Assembly: GCA_963793315.1 (NCBI GenBank)
Contig: CAWBZR010000006.1
Span: 218,141 to 282,140, forward strand
Reading direction: 5' to 3'
Source of the DNA: an uncultured Actinomycetota bacterium
GTDB lineage: Bacteria > Actinomycetota > Actinomycetes > Propionibacteriales > Nocardioidaceae
DNA length: 64,000 nucleotides
The notes below the pieces were generated by a model. It was not told the DNA's origin, did not search any database, and worked only from the letters and a program-made list of their open reading frames with translations. The translations under genes were made by a program, and so were the position numbers. Position 1 is the stretch's first letter, and every line of letters begins with the position of its first letter. Shown here piece after piece: positions 1-9,607 of this stretch.

Positions 1-794
1 ACGCGTGCGTCTGGCTGCTGGGTCGCGGGGTGGACCCGGGCGCGATCTGCTGGGTGCGGCCCCGCGAGCCGTGGATGCTCAACCGCGCGCTGATCCAGCC
101 CGACCCGGTCGTCTACCTCGGCATGGTCGGCACGATGATGGAGGCCGCCGCCACGGCGGCCTCGCTCGACGACCTGTTCCTGCGTCTCGAGGACGCCGGG
201 ATCACGCTGCGTATCGATCCCTCGCTCACGCCGACGATGGCGAAGGCGCCCACCCTCGGGTTGTGGGAGCTCGAGCTGCTCCGGAGCATCGAGGACGTCG
301 TCCGCCTCGGGCACATCCGCTCCGTTGGGCGAGGGAGGATCGACCTCGAGCACGGCTCGGTCACGATCGCCCCTGACGCGCTCGTCGTCAACTGCGCCGC
401 CGACGGGCTGAAGAACCCACCGCTGGTGCCCATCTGGCGGCCCTCCGGCATCACCCTCCAGCCGGTCCGTGCCGGCTTCCCCTGCTTCGGCGCGGCCATC
501 GCCGGTTTAGTCGAGGCCACCCGGACCGACGACGACAGCAAGAACGCGCTGTGCCGCCCCTCGTCGTACGGCAACTCCCTGGCCGACTGGGCCAGGATGA
601 ACGTCCTGGGCCTCCAGAACACCGCCGCGTTCAACGCCGAGCCCGACGTCAAGGACTGGGCCAACCGGGTCGCGCTCAACCCTTCGGGAGTCGTGCCGGA
701 GCACGCCGGGTCAGCGCAGCTGGGCTCCGTCCAGGAGCGAGTGCAGGCGCACGTGACACCCGGTCTGGCGCGACTCGCCGAGCTGATGGTTTGA
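1..794 (+). CDS. FAD/NAD(P)-binding oxidoreductase, C-terminal part (5' truncated by window edge)
   Basis: ORF 30..794 is open from the window start; WVRPREPWMLNR, VVRLGHIRSV and VVNCAADGL motifs are typical of actinobacterial NAD(P)/FAD oxidoreductases. Confidence 0.7.
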   Translation, partial: ACVWLLGRGVDPGAICWVRPREPWMLNRALIQPDPVVYLGMVGTMMEAAATAASLDDLFLRLEDAGITLRIDPSLTPTMAKAPTLGLWELELLRSIEDVVRLGHIRSVGRGRIDLEHGSVTIAPDALVVNCAADGLKNPPLVPIWRPSGITLQPVRAGFPCFGAAIAGLVEATRTDDDSKNALCRPSSYGNSLADWARMNVLGLQNTAAFNAEPDVKDWANRVALNPSGVVPEHAGSAQLGSVQERVQAHVTPGLARLAELMV

Positions 795-852
795 GAAGTG
801 CCCTCTGCGGCAAATGCATGTCATCCGCCGCCACTCTCCAGGAGCTCGACCC

Positions 853-1320
853 ATGACCGTTCCCACCTCCCTCGACCGTGTCAGCCTCCTCACCGAACGG
901 CTCAGCATGCTGCGGGCCGAGCGGGCGGAGGTCCTCGGCGAGACCCTGCTCGAGGCCAACGGCGACCTCGCCGACCGCGCCACCAACGTCGAGGCCACCA
1001 TCCGGCTGCGGCTGCTCGACGAACGCATCGCGGGGCTCGAGATCGAGATCGCCGAGAGCGGGCACCGACAGCACACCGACGGCGTGGTCTCGGTCGGCGA
1101 CGTGGTGACCGTCGACCTCGGCGAGGGCGACGAGACCTACCTGATCGGCTCCGTCGAGGACGCCGCAGCGGGTGTCGACACGATCACCCCGGGCAGCCCG
1201 CTCGGCCGCGCCATCGTGGGCGCCGAGGTCGGTGCGACGGTCACCTACCAGCCTCGCCACGACCTGACGATGAGTGCCACGGTCCGCTCCGTCGGAGAGC
1301 TGCTCGCGCCCAGCGTCTGA
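853..1320 (+). CDS. GreA/GreB family transcription elongation factor paralog
   Basis: N-terminal coiled coil with GDLAD tip; C-terminal ITPGSPLGRAIVGAEVG motif; GGAG RBS before ATG 853. Confidence 0.85.
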   Translation: MTVPTSLDRVSLLTERLSMLRAERAEVLGETLLEANGDLADRATNVEATIRLRLLDERIAGLEIEIAESGHRQHTDGVVSVGDVVTVDLGEGDETYLIGSVEDAAAGVDTITPGSPLGRAIVGAEVGATVTYQPRHDLTMSATVRSVGELLAPSV

Positions 1321-1332
1321 GCAAGCGCAGCG

Positions 1333-1362
1333 GATCCGAGGCAGATCCGAGTCAGATCCGAG
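1333..1362 (+). promoter_or_regulatory. Three direct GATCCGAG repeats with 11-bp period (putative regulator binding site)
   Basis: GATCCGAG at 1333, 1344 and 1355, about 100 bp upstream of the secreted-protein gene. Confidence 0.5.
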
Positions 1363-1461
1363 GCGGTGCGCCCGGAGCCACAGCTCCGAGGGTTTGCGGC
1401 GAGCGAGGAACGGGCAGGCCGGGGGTGGCCTTTCCCATTCATCGCAAGGAGAACCATCCTG

Positions 1462-2130
1462 ATGCGCATCACCCGCCTCGTCAGCGGCCTGGTCACCACC
1501 GGCCTCGTCGTGTCCGCACCGCTCCTCTTCACCCCCGCTCCGGCCGAAGCGGCGACGCTCAGCTCGACCGTCACCATCAACCCCCTCAGCTCGACGCAGA
1601 TCGAGTACGGCGACGACCTGTTCATCTCCGGGATCGTCAAGGGCGCCGACGGCAGGACGCCCAACAGCCCCACCGCGGTGTCCCTCATGGTCAGCACCCC
1701 GGCCAACCCCACGTGGACCGTCGTCGGCACCGACGACAGCGCCTACTTCTCGTTCTCCGACGTGAAGCCGCTCTCGAACGCCACCTACAAGGTCGCCTTC
1801 GCCGGCGGCACCTCGGGCTTCGGCAGCTCGGCCAACACGCTGACGCCGAGCGAGTCCGCGCCGGTCGCCGTGGCTGTTTCGCGCGAGATCAAGGCGAAGA
1901 CGCAGGGGCTGAAGGTGATCGGCAAGGTGCTGCCGGACTACGGCAAGAAGAAGGTCAAGATCCTCCGGGTGGTCGGCAAGAAGAAGACCAAGAAGTACGC
2001 CAAGGTCAAGACCAACAAGAAGGGCCGCTTCACCTTCCGCGCGCCCAACAAGGTCGGCTTCCGGTTCGTCGTGGTCGTCCCGGCCGACGCGAACTTCGCG
2101 GGCACCTACGCCCAGTACCACGTCATCTGA
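1462..2130 (+). CDS. Secreted hypothetical protein, beta-rich with Lys-rich C-terminal domain
   Basis: AAGGAG RBS; signal peptide MRITRLVSGLVTTGLVVSAPLLFTPAPAEA; strong GC3 codon bias. Confidence 0.8.
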   Translation: MRITRLVSGLVTTGLVVSAPLLFTPAPAEAATLSSTVTINPLSSTQIEYGDDLFISGIVKGADGRTPNSPTAVSLMVSTPANPTWTVVGTDDSAYFSFSDVKPLSNATYKVAFAGGTSGFGSSANTLTPSESAPVAVAVSREIKAKTQGLKVIGKVLPDYGKKKVKILRVVGKKKTKKYAKVKTNKKGRFTFRAPNKVGFRFVVVVPADANFAGTYAQYHVI

Positions 2131-2190
2131 CGCGTCTGCACAGCCATGACCGGCCGTCGATCCCGCACGGGGTCGGCGGCCGGTGGTGCG

Positions 2191-2724
2191 TCAGGCCGGC
2201 AGCACCACGAACCACGGCCTGGTCCAGCGCCCGAACGTCGTGAGCCTGCCGGCCTCGAAGTCCGCACGCGTCATCTCGACCAGAGTGCCGTGGGCGGGGT
2301 TGTAGACCAGCACGCCGCCGTCCGTCGGCGCGACGGCGAGGACGACGTGGCGGGGGATCCGGTCGCCGACGTAGAAGGGCGCCGGCCGGTCGGCCACGGC
2401 GGCAGCGAGGCGGTCGAAGAGGCGGCCGCGGTGGTGGAAGGGCACGAGGGTGGTGTCGTAGCGGACGCCGGAGAACTCACCCATCGCCCTGGCCACGGCC
2501 CACGGCGGCGTGCCGAGGGCGCGCGGCCACGGGAGCTGGGCGCGGCCGAAGGCGGAGGCGCCGGTGAGCTGGCGGTGCAGGTCTAGGACGGAGCCCGCGA
2601 AGGCGTGCGGGTTCTGCGTGGCGGCGTAGGCCGGGTCGAGCAGGATGTGCGCGGCCACCAGCGACGACGGCCCGCAGGAGCGCTGGTCGGGCTGGGCGAG
2701 GCCGCGGATGGCGTCGAGGTTCAC
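2191..2724 (-). CDS. Putative papain-like (C39-like) peptidase domain protein
   Basis: QPDQRSCG (Q..C), PRHVVL (H) and VYNP motifs in the expected order. Confidence 0.6.
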   Translation of the reverse strand: MNLDAIRGLAQPDQRSCGPSSLVAAHILLDPAYAATQNPHAFAGSVLDLHRQLTGASAFGRAQLPWPRALGTPPWAVARAMGEFSGVRYDTTLVPFHHRGRLFDRLAAAVADRPAPFYVGDRIPRHVVLAVAPTDGGVLVYNPAHGTLVEMTRADFEAGRLTTFGRWTRPWFVVLPA

Positions 2725-3322
2725 CGCGACACCGGCAACCGCTGGACCTGCGCATACGCCTCGTCAGCGGAGACCGCGGTGCAGCCGGCGGCGACCGCCG
2801 CCGCGACGATCCGGCGCTGGTCGCGGGCGAGCACGATGCCGCGGCGGAACAGGACCAGTGGCGGCTTGCGGTGCTCGCGCAGGTCGCGGGAGAGCCGCCG
2901 CCAGAACGTCACGGCCGGGTGCTGGCGCAGGCAGTACGCCGCCGCGAGCAGCCCGGCCGCGCGGAGCTGGCCCACGACGTGGTGGGCGAAGATCCCCTCG
3001 GCCACCACCAGCGCCGACGAGCCGACCGAGAAGGTCTGGGAGCCGTGCGGCCGTCGTGCGCGATGTCGTAGACCGGGGTGTCGACGGTGCCGGTGCGGCA
3101 CAGGGTGGCGAGCGCCTCCACGGCCTCGTCGCACAGCCAGGAGGCGGGGTCGTCCCAGTCGACGAGCCCGGCGTTGGAGCCCGACATGATGCGCGGCAGC
3201 GCGGGGTCGGAGCCGTCGCGGTAGAAGTCGTCGAGGCGCAGGATCGGGAGCCCGAGCCGTTCGGCGAGGTGGGACTTGCCGGAGCCCGAGGGCCCCGCCA
3301 GGACGATCACCTGCGCCGGCAC
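2721..3322 (-). CDS. Uridine kinase-like P-loop protein (one frameshift near 3050)
   Basis: VIVLAGPSGSGKS Walker A, LDDFYR and VVAEGIFA, split over ORFs 2909..3601 and 2721..3134. Confidence 0.8.
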
Positions 3323-3352
3323 CCGCACATCATGCCGTGGCAGGCTGCCTTC

Positions 3353-3880
3353 ATGGGAACTCGGGTGCTCGTGGTGAGGAGCCGAGGGGCGAGGCGTCTC
3401 GAAGGGGCGGTGCTGGTGCTGCTGCTGCTGCTGGCGCTCGTCGGATGCACCAGCAGTGGCCGGGAGGAACCCGGCTTGGGGCCCGACCCGAGCGCGACCA
3501 CCGACGCGCAGTGCGCCGAGCGGATCCCCGACTCGGTCTTCGCGACGCTGGGCTGGACGGCGAGCGGCAAGCCCACCGAGGCGACCGTCCGGGGCTGCCA
3601 CCGCGAGGCCGAGCAGGGCTACGTCGAGGTCCGCGACCGCACCGGCTACGACCGGCTCTGCAAGACCCTCGATCGCAGTGGAGGCAAGAGCCCCGGGGTG
3701 CCGGCGGACTGGCTCGGCGACGAGGTCGTCGCCTGCGCGGTCGAGCCGGTCGGCGACGTCGGCCAGACCAAGGTGGTGGTCCAGCGCGAGGGAGACGAGG
3801 TCACCCAGATCACCGTCGCCGTGCTCACCAGCACCTCGCAGGAGCAGGTGCGGGCGGCGGTCGCCGAGCTGGTGGGGTAG
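3353..3880 (+). CDS. Putative lipoprotein
   Basis: Hydrophobic stretch ending in lipobox LVGC; C-terminal part of ORF 2645..3880. Confidence 0.65.
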   Translation: MGTRVLVVRSRGARRLEGAVLVLLLLLALVGCTSSGREEPGLGPDPSATTDAQCAERIPDSVFATLGWTASGKPTEATVRGCHREAEQGYVEVRDRTGYDRLCKTLDRSGGKSPGVPADWLGDEVVACAVEPVGDVGQTKVVVQREGDEVTQITVAVLTSTSQEQVRAAVAELVG

Positions 3881-3882
3881 AC

Positions 3883-4413
3883 ATGTCGGAGCCCCGGGAA
3901 CCGTCGACTGGCGGCGCGGGTCCGAGCAGAGTGACCAGCGATCGCGGCTCCGCGCGTCAGCTGGCCATCGTGTGGTCGATCGTCCTGGGCGCCGTGCTCG
4001 TCCCGCTGCTGGTGCTGACCGGCGCGAACCACTTCTCCGCGGGCGCGGCGCAGGACCGTGCGAAGGCTCGCTGGGAGACCCACGAGCCGGCCGCCTACTC
4101 GTTCGACTTCAGCTACTGCGGTGGGTTCTGCCAAGGCTGCACGACCCGCGTGACGGTGGAGGGCGGCGAGGTCGTGAGCGCCGTCGCCGCCGAACCGGGC
4201 GGATGCACCGACTACGGCGTCCAGGACGCCCCGACGGTCGAGGACGTCTTCGACCGGGTGGCGGTGCTTCGGGAGGACGACCTGTACGTCTCCGAGGAGA
4301 TCCGCTACGACCCCACCTGGGGCTTCCCCGCCTCAGCCAGCTTCGAGTGTCCGGAGGGCACGTCGGACTGCGGGACGGGTCTGAGCGTGAAGAACTTCCG
4401 GGTGGCCCCGTAG
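3883..4413 (+). CDS. Membrane-anchored DUF6174-like protein
   Basis: TM helix followed by ARWETHEPAAYSF, CxxxC and YDPTWGFP. Confidence 0.7.
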   Translation: MSEPREPSTGGAGPSRVTSDRGSARQLAIVWSIVLGAVLVPLLVLTGANHFSAGAAQDRAKARWETHEPAAYSFDFSYCGGFCQGCTTRVTVEGGEVVSAVAAEPGGCTDYGVQDAPTVEDVFDRVAVLREDDLYVSEEIRYDPTWGFPASASFECPEGTSDCGTGLSVKNFRVAP

Positions 4414-5283
4414 TCAGACCCCGATCGGGTGCCAGACCGTCTTGGTCTCGAGGAAGTCGGTCATCGCGGACAGGTCGGGCTCGAGGCTCCAGTCGGGCTC
4501 GGCCGACGGGGCGCGGCGGACCCGCTTGAGGTTGTCGGCGGCGGCCACCTCGAGCTCGGTCGCCAGGTCGGGCGAGCCGGCCACCCCCACCAGGTCGATC
4601 GCGTTGACGTCCATGTGCGACGCCAGCCACGGGCCGACCGAGGTGGCGTCGCCGGTCAGGATGTTGACCACCCCACCCGGCACGTCGGAGGTCGCCAGCA
4701 CCTCGCTGAAGGTGACCGCCGGCAGCGGCCGGGCGTAGGACGACACCACCACGCAGGTGTTGCCGGAGACGATCACCGGCGCCACGACCGAGATCAGCCC
4801 CAGCAGGGAGGACTCCTGCGGCGCCAGGACCGCGACCACCCCGGTGGGCTCCGGGGTCGACAGGTTGAAGTAGGGCCCGGCGACCGGGTTGGCGTTGCCG
4901 ACCACCTGGGTCAGCTTGTCGGCCCACCCGGCGTACCAGACGAGCCGGTCCACGGCGGCGTCGAGGGCGGCCGTCGCCTGCCGTGACGTCAGCCCCTCGG
5001 AGGAGGACAGCGCGTCGAGGAACTGTGGGCGCCGGTCCTCCATCAGCTCGGCGATCCGGTAGACCACCTGGGCGCGGTTGTAGGCCGTGCGGCCGGCCCA
5101 GCCGCCGAAGGCAGCCCTGGCCGCGACGACCGCGTCGCGCGCGTCCTTGCGTGAGGCCAGCGCGGCGTTGGCGAGGAACTTCCCCTTGGCGTCCTCGACG
5201 ACGTAGGAGTAGCCCGACTCCGACCGCGGGAAGGCCCCGCCGATGTAGAGCTTGTAGGTCTTGCGGACGTCAGCGCGTGTCAC
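4414..5283 (-). CDS. Truncated aldehyde dehydrogenase family protein (NAD-binding domain, no catalytic domain)
   Basis: KTYKLYIGGAFPRSESG, PGGVVNILTG, C-terminal ETKTVWHPIG; 289 aa; GTGA overlap with upstream ALDH. Confidence 0.9.
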   Translation of the reverse strand: MTRADVRKTYKLYIGGAFPRSESGYSYVVEDAKGKFLANAALASRKDARDAVVAARAAFGGWAGRTAYNRAQVVYRIAELMEDRRPQFLDALSSSEGLTSRQATAALDAAVDRLVWYAGWADKLTQVVGNANPVAGPYFNLSTPEPTGVVAVLAPQESSLLGLISVVAPVIVSGNTCVVVSSYARPLPAVTFSEVLATSDVPGGVVNILTGDATSVGPWLASHMDVNAIDLVGVAGSPDLATELEVAAADNLKRVRRAPSAEPDWSLEPDLSAMTDFLETKTVWHPIGV

Positions 5284-6710
5284 TTGAGATAGCCCTCCAG
5301 CCCGTGCTTGCCGCCCTCGCGGCCGTAGCCCGACTCTTTGTAGCCACCGAACGGGCTGGTCGGGTCGAACTTGTTGAACGTGTTGGCCCACACCACGCCG
5401 GCGCGCAGCTGGTTGGCGACCTTGAGGATCCGCGACCCCTTGTCGGTCCAGATGCCGGCCGAGAGACCGTAGGGGGTGTTGTTGGCCTTGGAGACCGCCT
5501 CGGCCGGGGTGCGGAAGGTCAGGACCGACAGCACCGGTCCGAACACCTCCTCGCGGGCGATGCGGTGGGCCTGGGTGACGCCGGTGAAGATCGTCGGTGG
5601 GAACCAGTAGCCCTTCGTGGGCAGGTCGCACGCGGCCGCCCAGCGCTCGGCGCCCTCGGCGTCACCGACCTCGGAGAGCTCGCGGATGCGGTGCAGCTGC
5701 TCGGCGGAGTTGATGGCCCCGATGTCGGTGTTCTTGTCGAGCGGGTCGCCCATCCGGAGCGTCGACATGCGGCGCTTCAGTCGCTCGAGCAGGTTCTCGG
5801 CGACCGACTCCTGGACCAGCAGCCTCGAGCCGGCGCAGCAGACATGGCCCTGGTTGAAGAAGATGCCGTCGACGATCCCCTCCACAGCCTGGTCGATCGG
5901 CGCGTCGTCGAAGACGATGTTGGCCGCCTTGCCGCCCAGCTCGAGGGTGACCCGCTTGCGGGTGCCGGCCACCGACCGGGCGATGGCCTTGCCGACCTCG
6001 GTCGAGCCGGTGAACGCCACCTTGTCGACGTCGGGGTGGCCGACCAGCGCCTGACCGGTGCCGCCCGCGCCGGTGACGATGTTGACGACACCCGGCGGCA
6101 GGTCGGCCTGCTGGCAGATCTCGGCGAAGAGCAGCGCGGTCAGCGGGGTGGTCTCGGCCGGCTTCAGGACCACGGTGTTGCCGCAGGCCAGCGCGGGGGC
6201 GATCTTCCACGCGAGCATGAGCAGCGGGAAGTTCCACGGGATGACCTGGGCGGCCACGCCCAGCGACTGCTCGCCGTAGCCGGCGTACTTCAGCTTGTCG
6301 GCCCAGCCGGCGTAGTAGAAGAAGTGCGCGGAGACGATCGGCACGTCGACGTCGCGCGACTCCCTGATCGGCTTGCCGTTGTCGATCGACTCGAGCACGG
6401 CCAGCTCGCGGGAGCGCTCGGCGATGATCCGGGCGATCCGGTAGAGGTACTTCGCCCGCTCCGAGCCCGGCATCCGCGACCAGCCGCGGTGGGCGCGTGC
6501 GCGCGGCCTTCACGGCGAGGTCGACGTCGTGCTCGTCGGCCTCGGAGATCTCGGCCAGCACCTCCTCGGAGGCGGGGTTGACGGTCTTGAACGCCGTCCC
6601 GTGGCCATCGACGAACTCGCCGTCGATGAACAGCCCGTAGGACGGCTTGATGTCGACGATCGCGCGCGACTCGGGGGCAGGCGCGTAGTCGAACTTCTGC
6701 GGTATGCCAT
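5280..6710 (-). CDS. Aldehyde dehydrogenase (frameshifts near 5' end)
   Basis: [28 protein letters not shown] and EEVFGPV motifs. Confidence 0.93.
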
Positions 6711-6713
6711 GGG

Positions 6714-7683
6714 TCAGTCCACCGTCACGTAGTCGGGGCCGGAGTAGCGGCCGGTCTTGAGCTTGATGCGCTGCATCAGCAGGTCGTTGAGCAGGGTGGA
6801 GGCGCCGAAGCGGAACCAGTCGGGGTCGAGCCAGTCGGGCCCGGCCACCTCGTTGACGGTGACGAGGTACTTGATGGCGTCCTTCGCGGTCCTGATGCCG
6901 CCGGCCGGCTTGACGCCGATCATGGTGCCGGTGGCCTCGCGGAAGTCACGGACCGCCTCGAGCATGATCAGCGTGACCGGCAGCGTCGCGGCCGGCTGCA
7001 CCTTGCCGGTCGAGGTCTTGATGAAGTGGCCGCCGGCCAGCATCCCGAGCCAGGACGCGCGGCGCACGTTGTCGTAGGTCTGCAGCTCGCCGGTCTCGAG
7101 GATCACCTTGAGGTGCGCGCTCGCCGCAGGCCTCCCGGACCTGGGCGATCTCCTCGTAGATCTCGAGGTAGCGGCCGGCCAGGAACGCGCCCCGGTCGAT
7201 CACCATGTCGATCTCGTCGGCGCCGGCGTCCACGGCGTCCTTGGTGTCGGCGAGCTTGATGTCCATCGCGGCCCGACCGCTCGGGAACGCCGTCGCGACC
7301 GCGGCGACCTTGACGCCGCTGGAGCCCAGCGCGTCCTTCGCCGTGGCGACCATGTCGGGGTAGACGCAGACGGCCGCCGTCGAGGGACACGACGGGTCGG
7401 AGGGGTCGGGCTGCATCGCCTTCGCGGCGAGCGAGCGCACCTTGCCCGCGGTGTCCTGGCCCTCGAGCGTGGTGAGGTCGACCATCGAGATCGCCAGGTC
7501 GAGGGCGTAGGCCTTGGCCGAGGTCTTGATGGACCGCGTGCTGAGCGACGCGGCGCGCTGCTCGGCGCCCACCTGGTCGACACCGGGCAGACCGTGGAGG
7601 AAGCGCCGTAGGGAGGAGTCGGACCGGGTGACGTCGAGGTCACGGAACGGTGTCGTCTCGACGTCGGACTCGGTTGCGACCAT
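6714..7683 (-). CDS. deoC: Deoxyribose-phosphate aldolase (frameshift near 7120)
   Basis: [40 protein letters not shown] and RFGAS motifs. Confidence 0.95.
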
Positions 7684-7740
7684 GCCGCCCAGCATAGGCT
7701 GGGGCGGCACTGCCGACCCCAATGGAGGACTGGAGGAGTG

Positions 7741-8383
7741 GTGACGACGGACCAGGGCGACACCACGCGTCGAGAAGTTCGCTCCGAACGGCGGCACCCT
7801 CATCGCCGTCATCGGTGCTGCCGTCTCGCTCGGGTTCGTCGTGGCGTGGGCGGTCGACATGGACGAGGTCCCCCTCTGGGTGCCCGCCGTGGCGCTGTTC
7901 GGCGCGGTGGTCGTCTACCTGAGCACGGTCCGGCCCCGCGTGCGGGTGGAGGGGCGTGAGCTGGTGCTGCGCAACATGCTCAGCACGATCCACCTCCCGC
8001 TGGCCGCGATCGAGGAGGTCGCGGTCCAGCAGGTGATGGCCGTGCGTGCCGGCGGCAAGCGCTACGTCTGCGCCGGCGTCGGCCGGAGCCTGCGCCAGGC
8101 GATGAAGGGCTCGGCGGTGCAGAAGGCCCGCGAGCAGGCCGGCGGGCTGCGCGGCGAGATCGCGAAGGCCCAGGTCCGCGAGCCCGGGATGAACTACGCC
8201 GACTTCGTGGAGATCCGGGTCCAGGAGCTCGTCAACGAGGACCGGATGCGCCGCGGGATCAAGCGGTTCTCGCCCGAGGCCGACGAGCTCGCCAAGCAGG
8301 TCCGCCGCGAGTGGGCCTGGCCGGAGCTGGCAGCCCTGGGCGCGACCCTCGCCTTCTTCGTCATCGGGCTCCTGGTCGGCTGA
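7741..8383 (+). CDS. Membrane protein with bacterial PH-like domain (5' frameshift)
   Basis: Two TM segments, RPRVRVEGRELVLRNML, C-terminal TM; GGAGGAG RBS. Confidence 0.7.
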
Positions 8384-8642
8384 GCCACCCCGCCGGGGCG
8401 ACCGTCACCCGCGGCCCGGCACCGAGGCATCGTCCGACTACGGTGCCTTGATCCTGATGTGCGCGGACGTCTTGAAGGGACTCACCGCGACGTTGCCGGG
8501 TTACCGCTGGCTCGACGAGGCGGTGCGCCGCCTCGCGCGCGCCCTGGGCTGACGGCGCCGGCGGGGAGCGATGTCTCACACCTGTCTCAACCTCGTGTCG
8601 AACGACCGGTCCGCCGGCGGCCGGGCTCGTAGGGTCGTCGGC

Positions 8643-8957
8643 ATGGGCCTCATGGACAGCCTGCGGAGCGCGGGCCAGCAGCTCCAGGCGCAGCAGCAGG
8701 CCGCCTCCGGGCAGGCGCTCGCCGCTGTCCTCCCCCCTGGCACCGTGCCGCCCCGGCGTGTCCAGGTGGCGCTCGCCCCTCGCTTCGCCGACGCGACCCT
8801 GCAGGCATTCCTCGCCGTCGTGGGGATCGCGCCCGAGGACTGCTACGGCATCACGTGCCTCCAGTCCAACGATGTCACGATCGCCTGGGAGGTCTATTTC
8901 CGCCAGCGCGCCGAACACGACGCCGGGCTGGCCCGGTGGGGCCAGCTGACGGGGTGA
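8643..8957 (+). CDS. Hypothetical protein
   Basis: MGLMDSLR start; good codon bias; directly upstream of the next ORF. Confidence 0.6.
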   Translation: MGLMDSLRSAGQQLQAQQQAASGQALAAVLPPGTVPPRRVQVALAPRFADATLQAFLAVVGIAPEDCYGITCLQSNDVTIAWEVYFRQRAEHDAGLARWGQLTG

Positions 8958-8967
8958 CCCCGTCCCC

Positions 8968-9585
8968 GTGACGCACACTGACGAGGCCGCGAAGCCGTTG
9001 TTGGCGCGGATGCCCCTCGTCGTTGCCGCGCTGGTGTCGCTGGTCGGCTCCGTGGGGTTCGCCACCTGTCTGTGGATGGCCTTCGGTTCGATGACCGACG
9101 TGATCACCCACAACGGCGGCATGTGCGCGTCCGGGGGTCCCTACGAGATCGACGCCGCCCACCGGTGCTCGAGCGGGAGCTCGCTCCTGATCGGGATCGG
9201 GGGACCGGGCTTGTTCGTCTTCGGTGCCGTGGCCGCCGTGGGCGTCGTGGGCGTGCTGGGTCCACGTGGGGTCGGCCACCTGCTGCTGATGGGCACCCTG
9301 GTCTTCGGCCTGCTCGGCTGGAACTTCCTGCGGCTGCGCGGCACCGATCCCAGCCTGCTCTTCTGCGGCGTGCTGTTCCTGCTGATGGCCTCGGCCGGGC
9401 TGATCGGGCTGGTGCCGATCCTGGGTCTGCGGAGACCGGCTGTCGACCCCGGTCGCGGCACGCGGCATCCGGCGCTCGTGTCCGCGCGCCGCCGTCAGTG
9501 GGTCTACTGGAGCACGGTCGCGGGCGGCACCCTCCTCGGCGCTCTCCTCGGCCAGGCGATCGTGGGGGCACTGCTCCAGGGTTAG
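8968..9585 (+). CDS. Hypothetical multi-pass membrane protein
   Basis: About five TM segments; GGMCASGGPYEI..C loop. Confidence 0.7.
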   Translation: MTHTDEAAKPLLARMPLVVAALVSLVGSVGFATCLWMAFGSMTDVITHNGGMCASGGPYEIDAAHRCSSGSSLLIGIGGPGLFVFGAVAAVGVVGVLGPRGVGHLLLMGTLVFGLLGWNFLRLRGTDPSLLFCGVLFLLMASAGLIGLVPILGLRRPAVDPGRGTRHPALVSARRRQWVYWSTVAGGTLLGALLGQAIVGALLQG

Positions 9586-9607
9586 GGCTGGGGCTGGGGA
9601 AGCGCGT

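Noticed and set aside
8384-8560. Possible gene remnant (RWLDEAVRRLARALG-stop) in the intergenic region
   Set aside because: Too short, and no start codon or family can be supported
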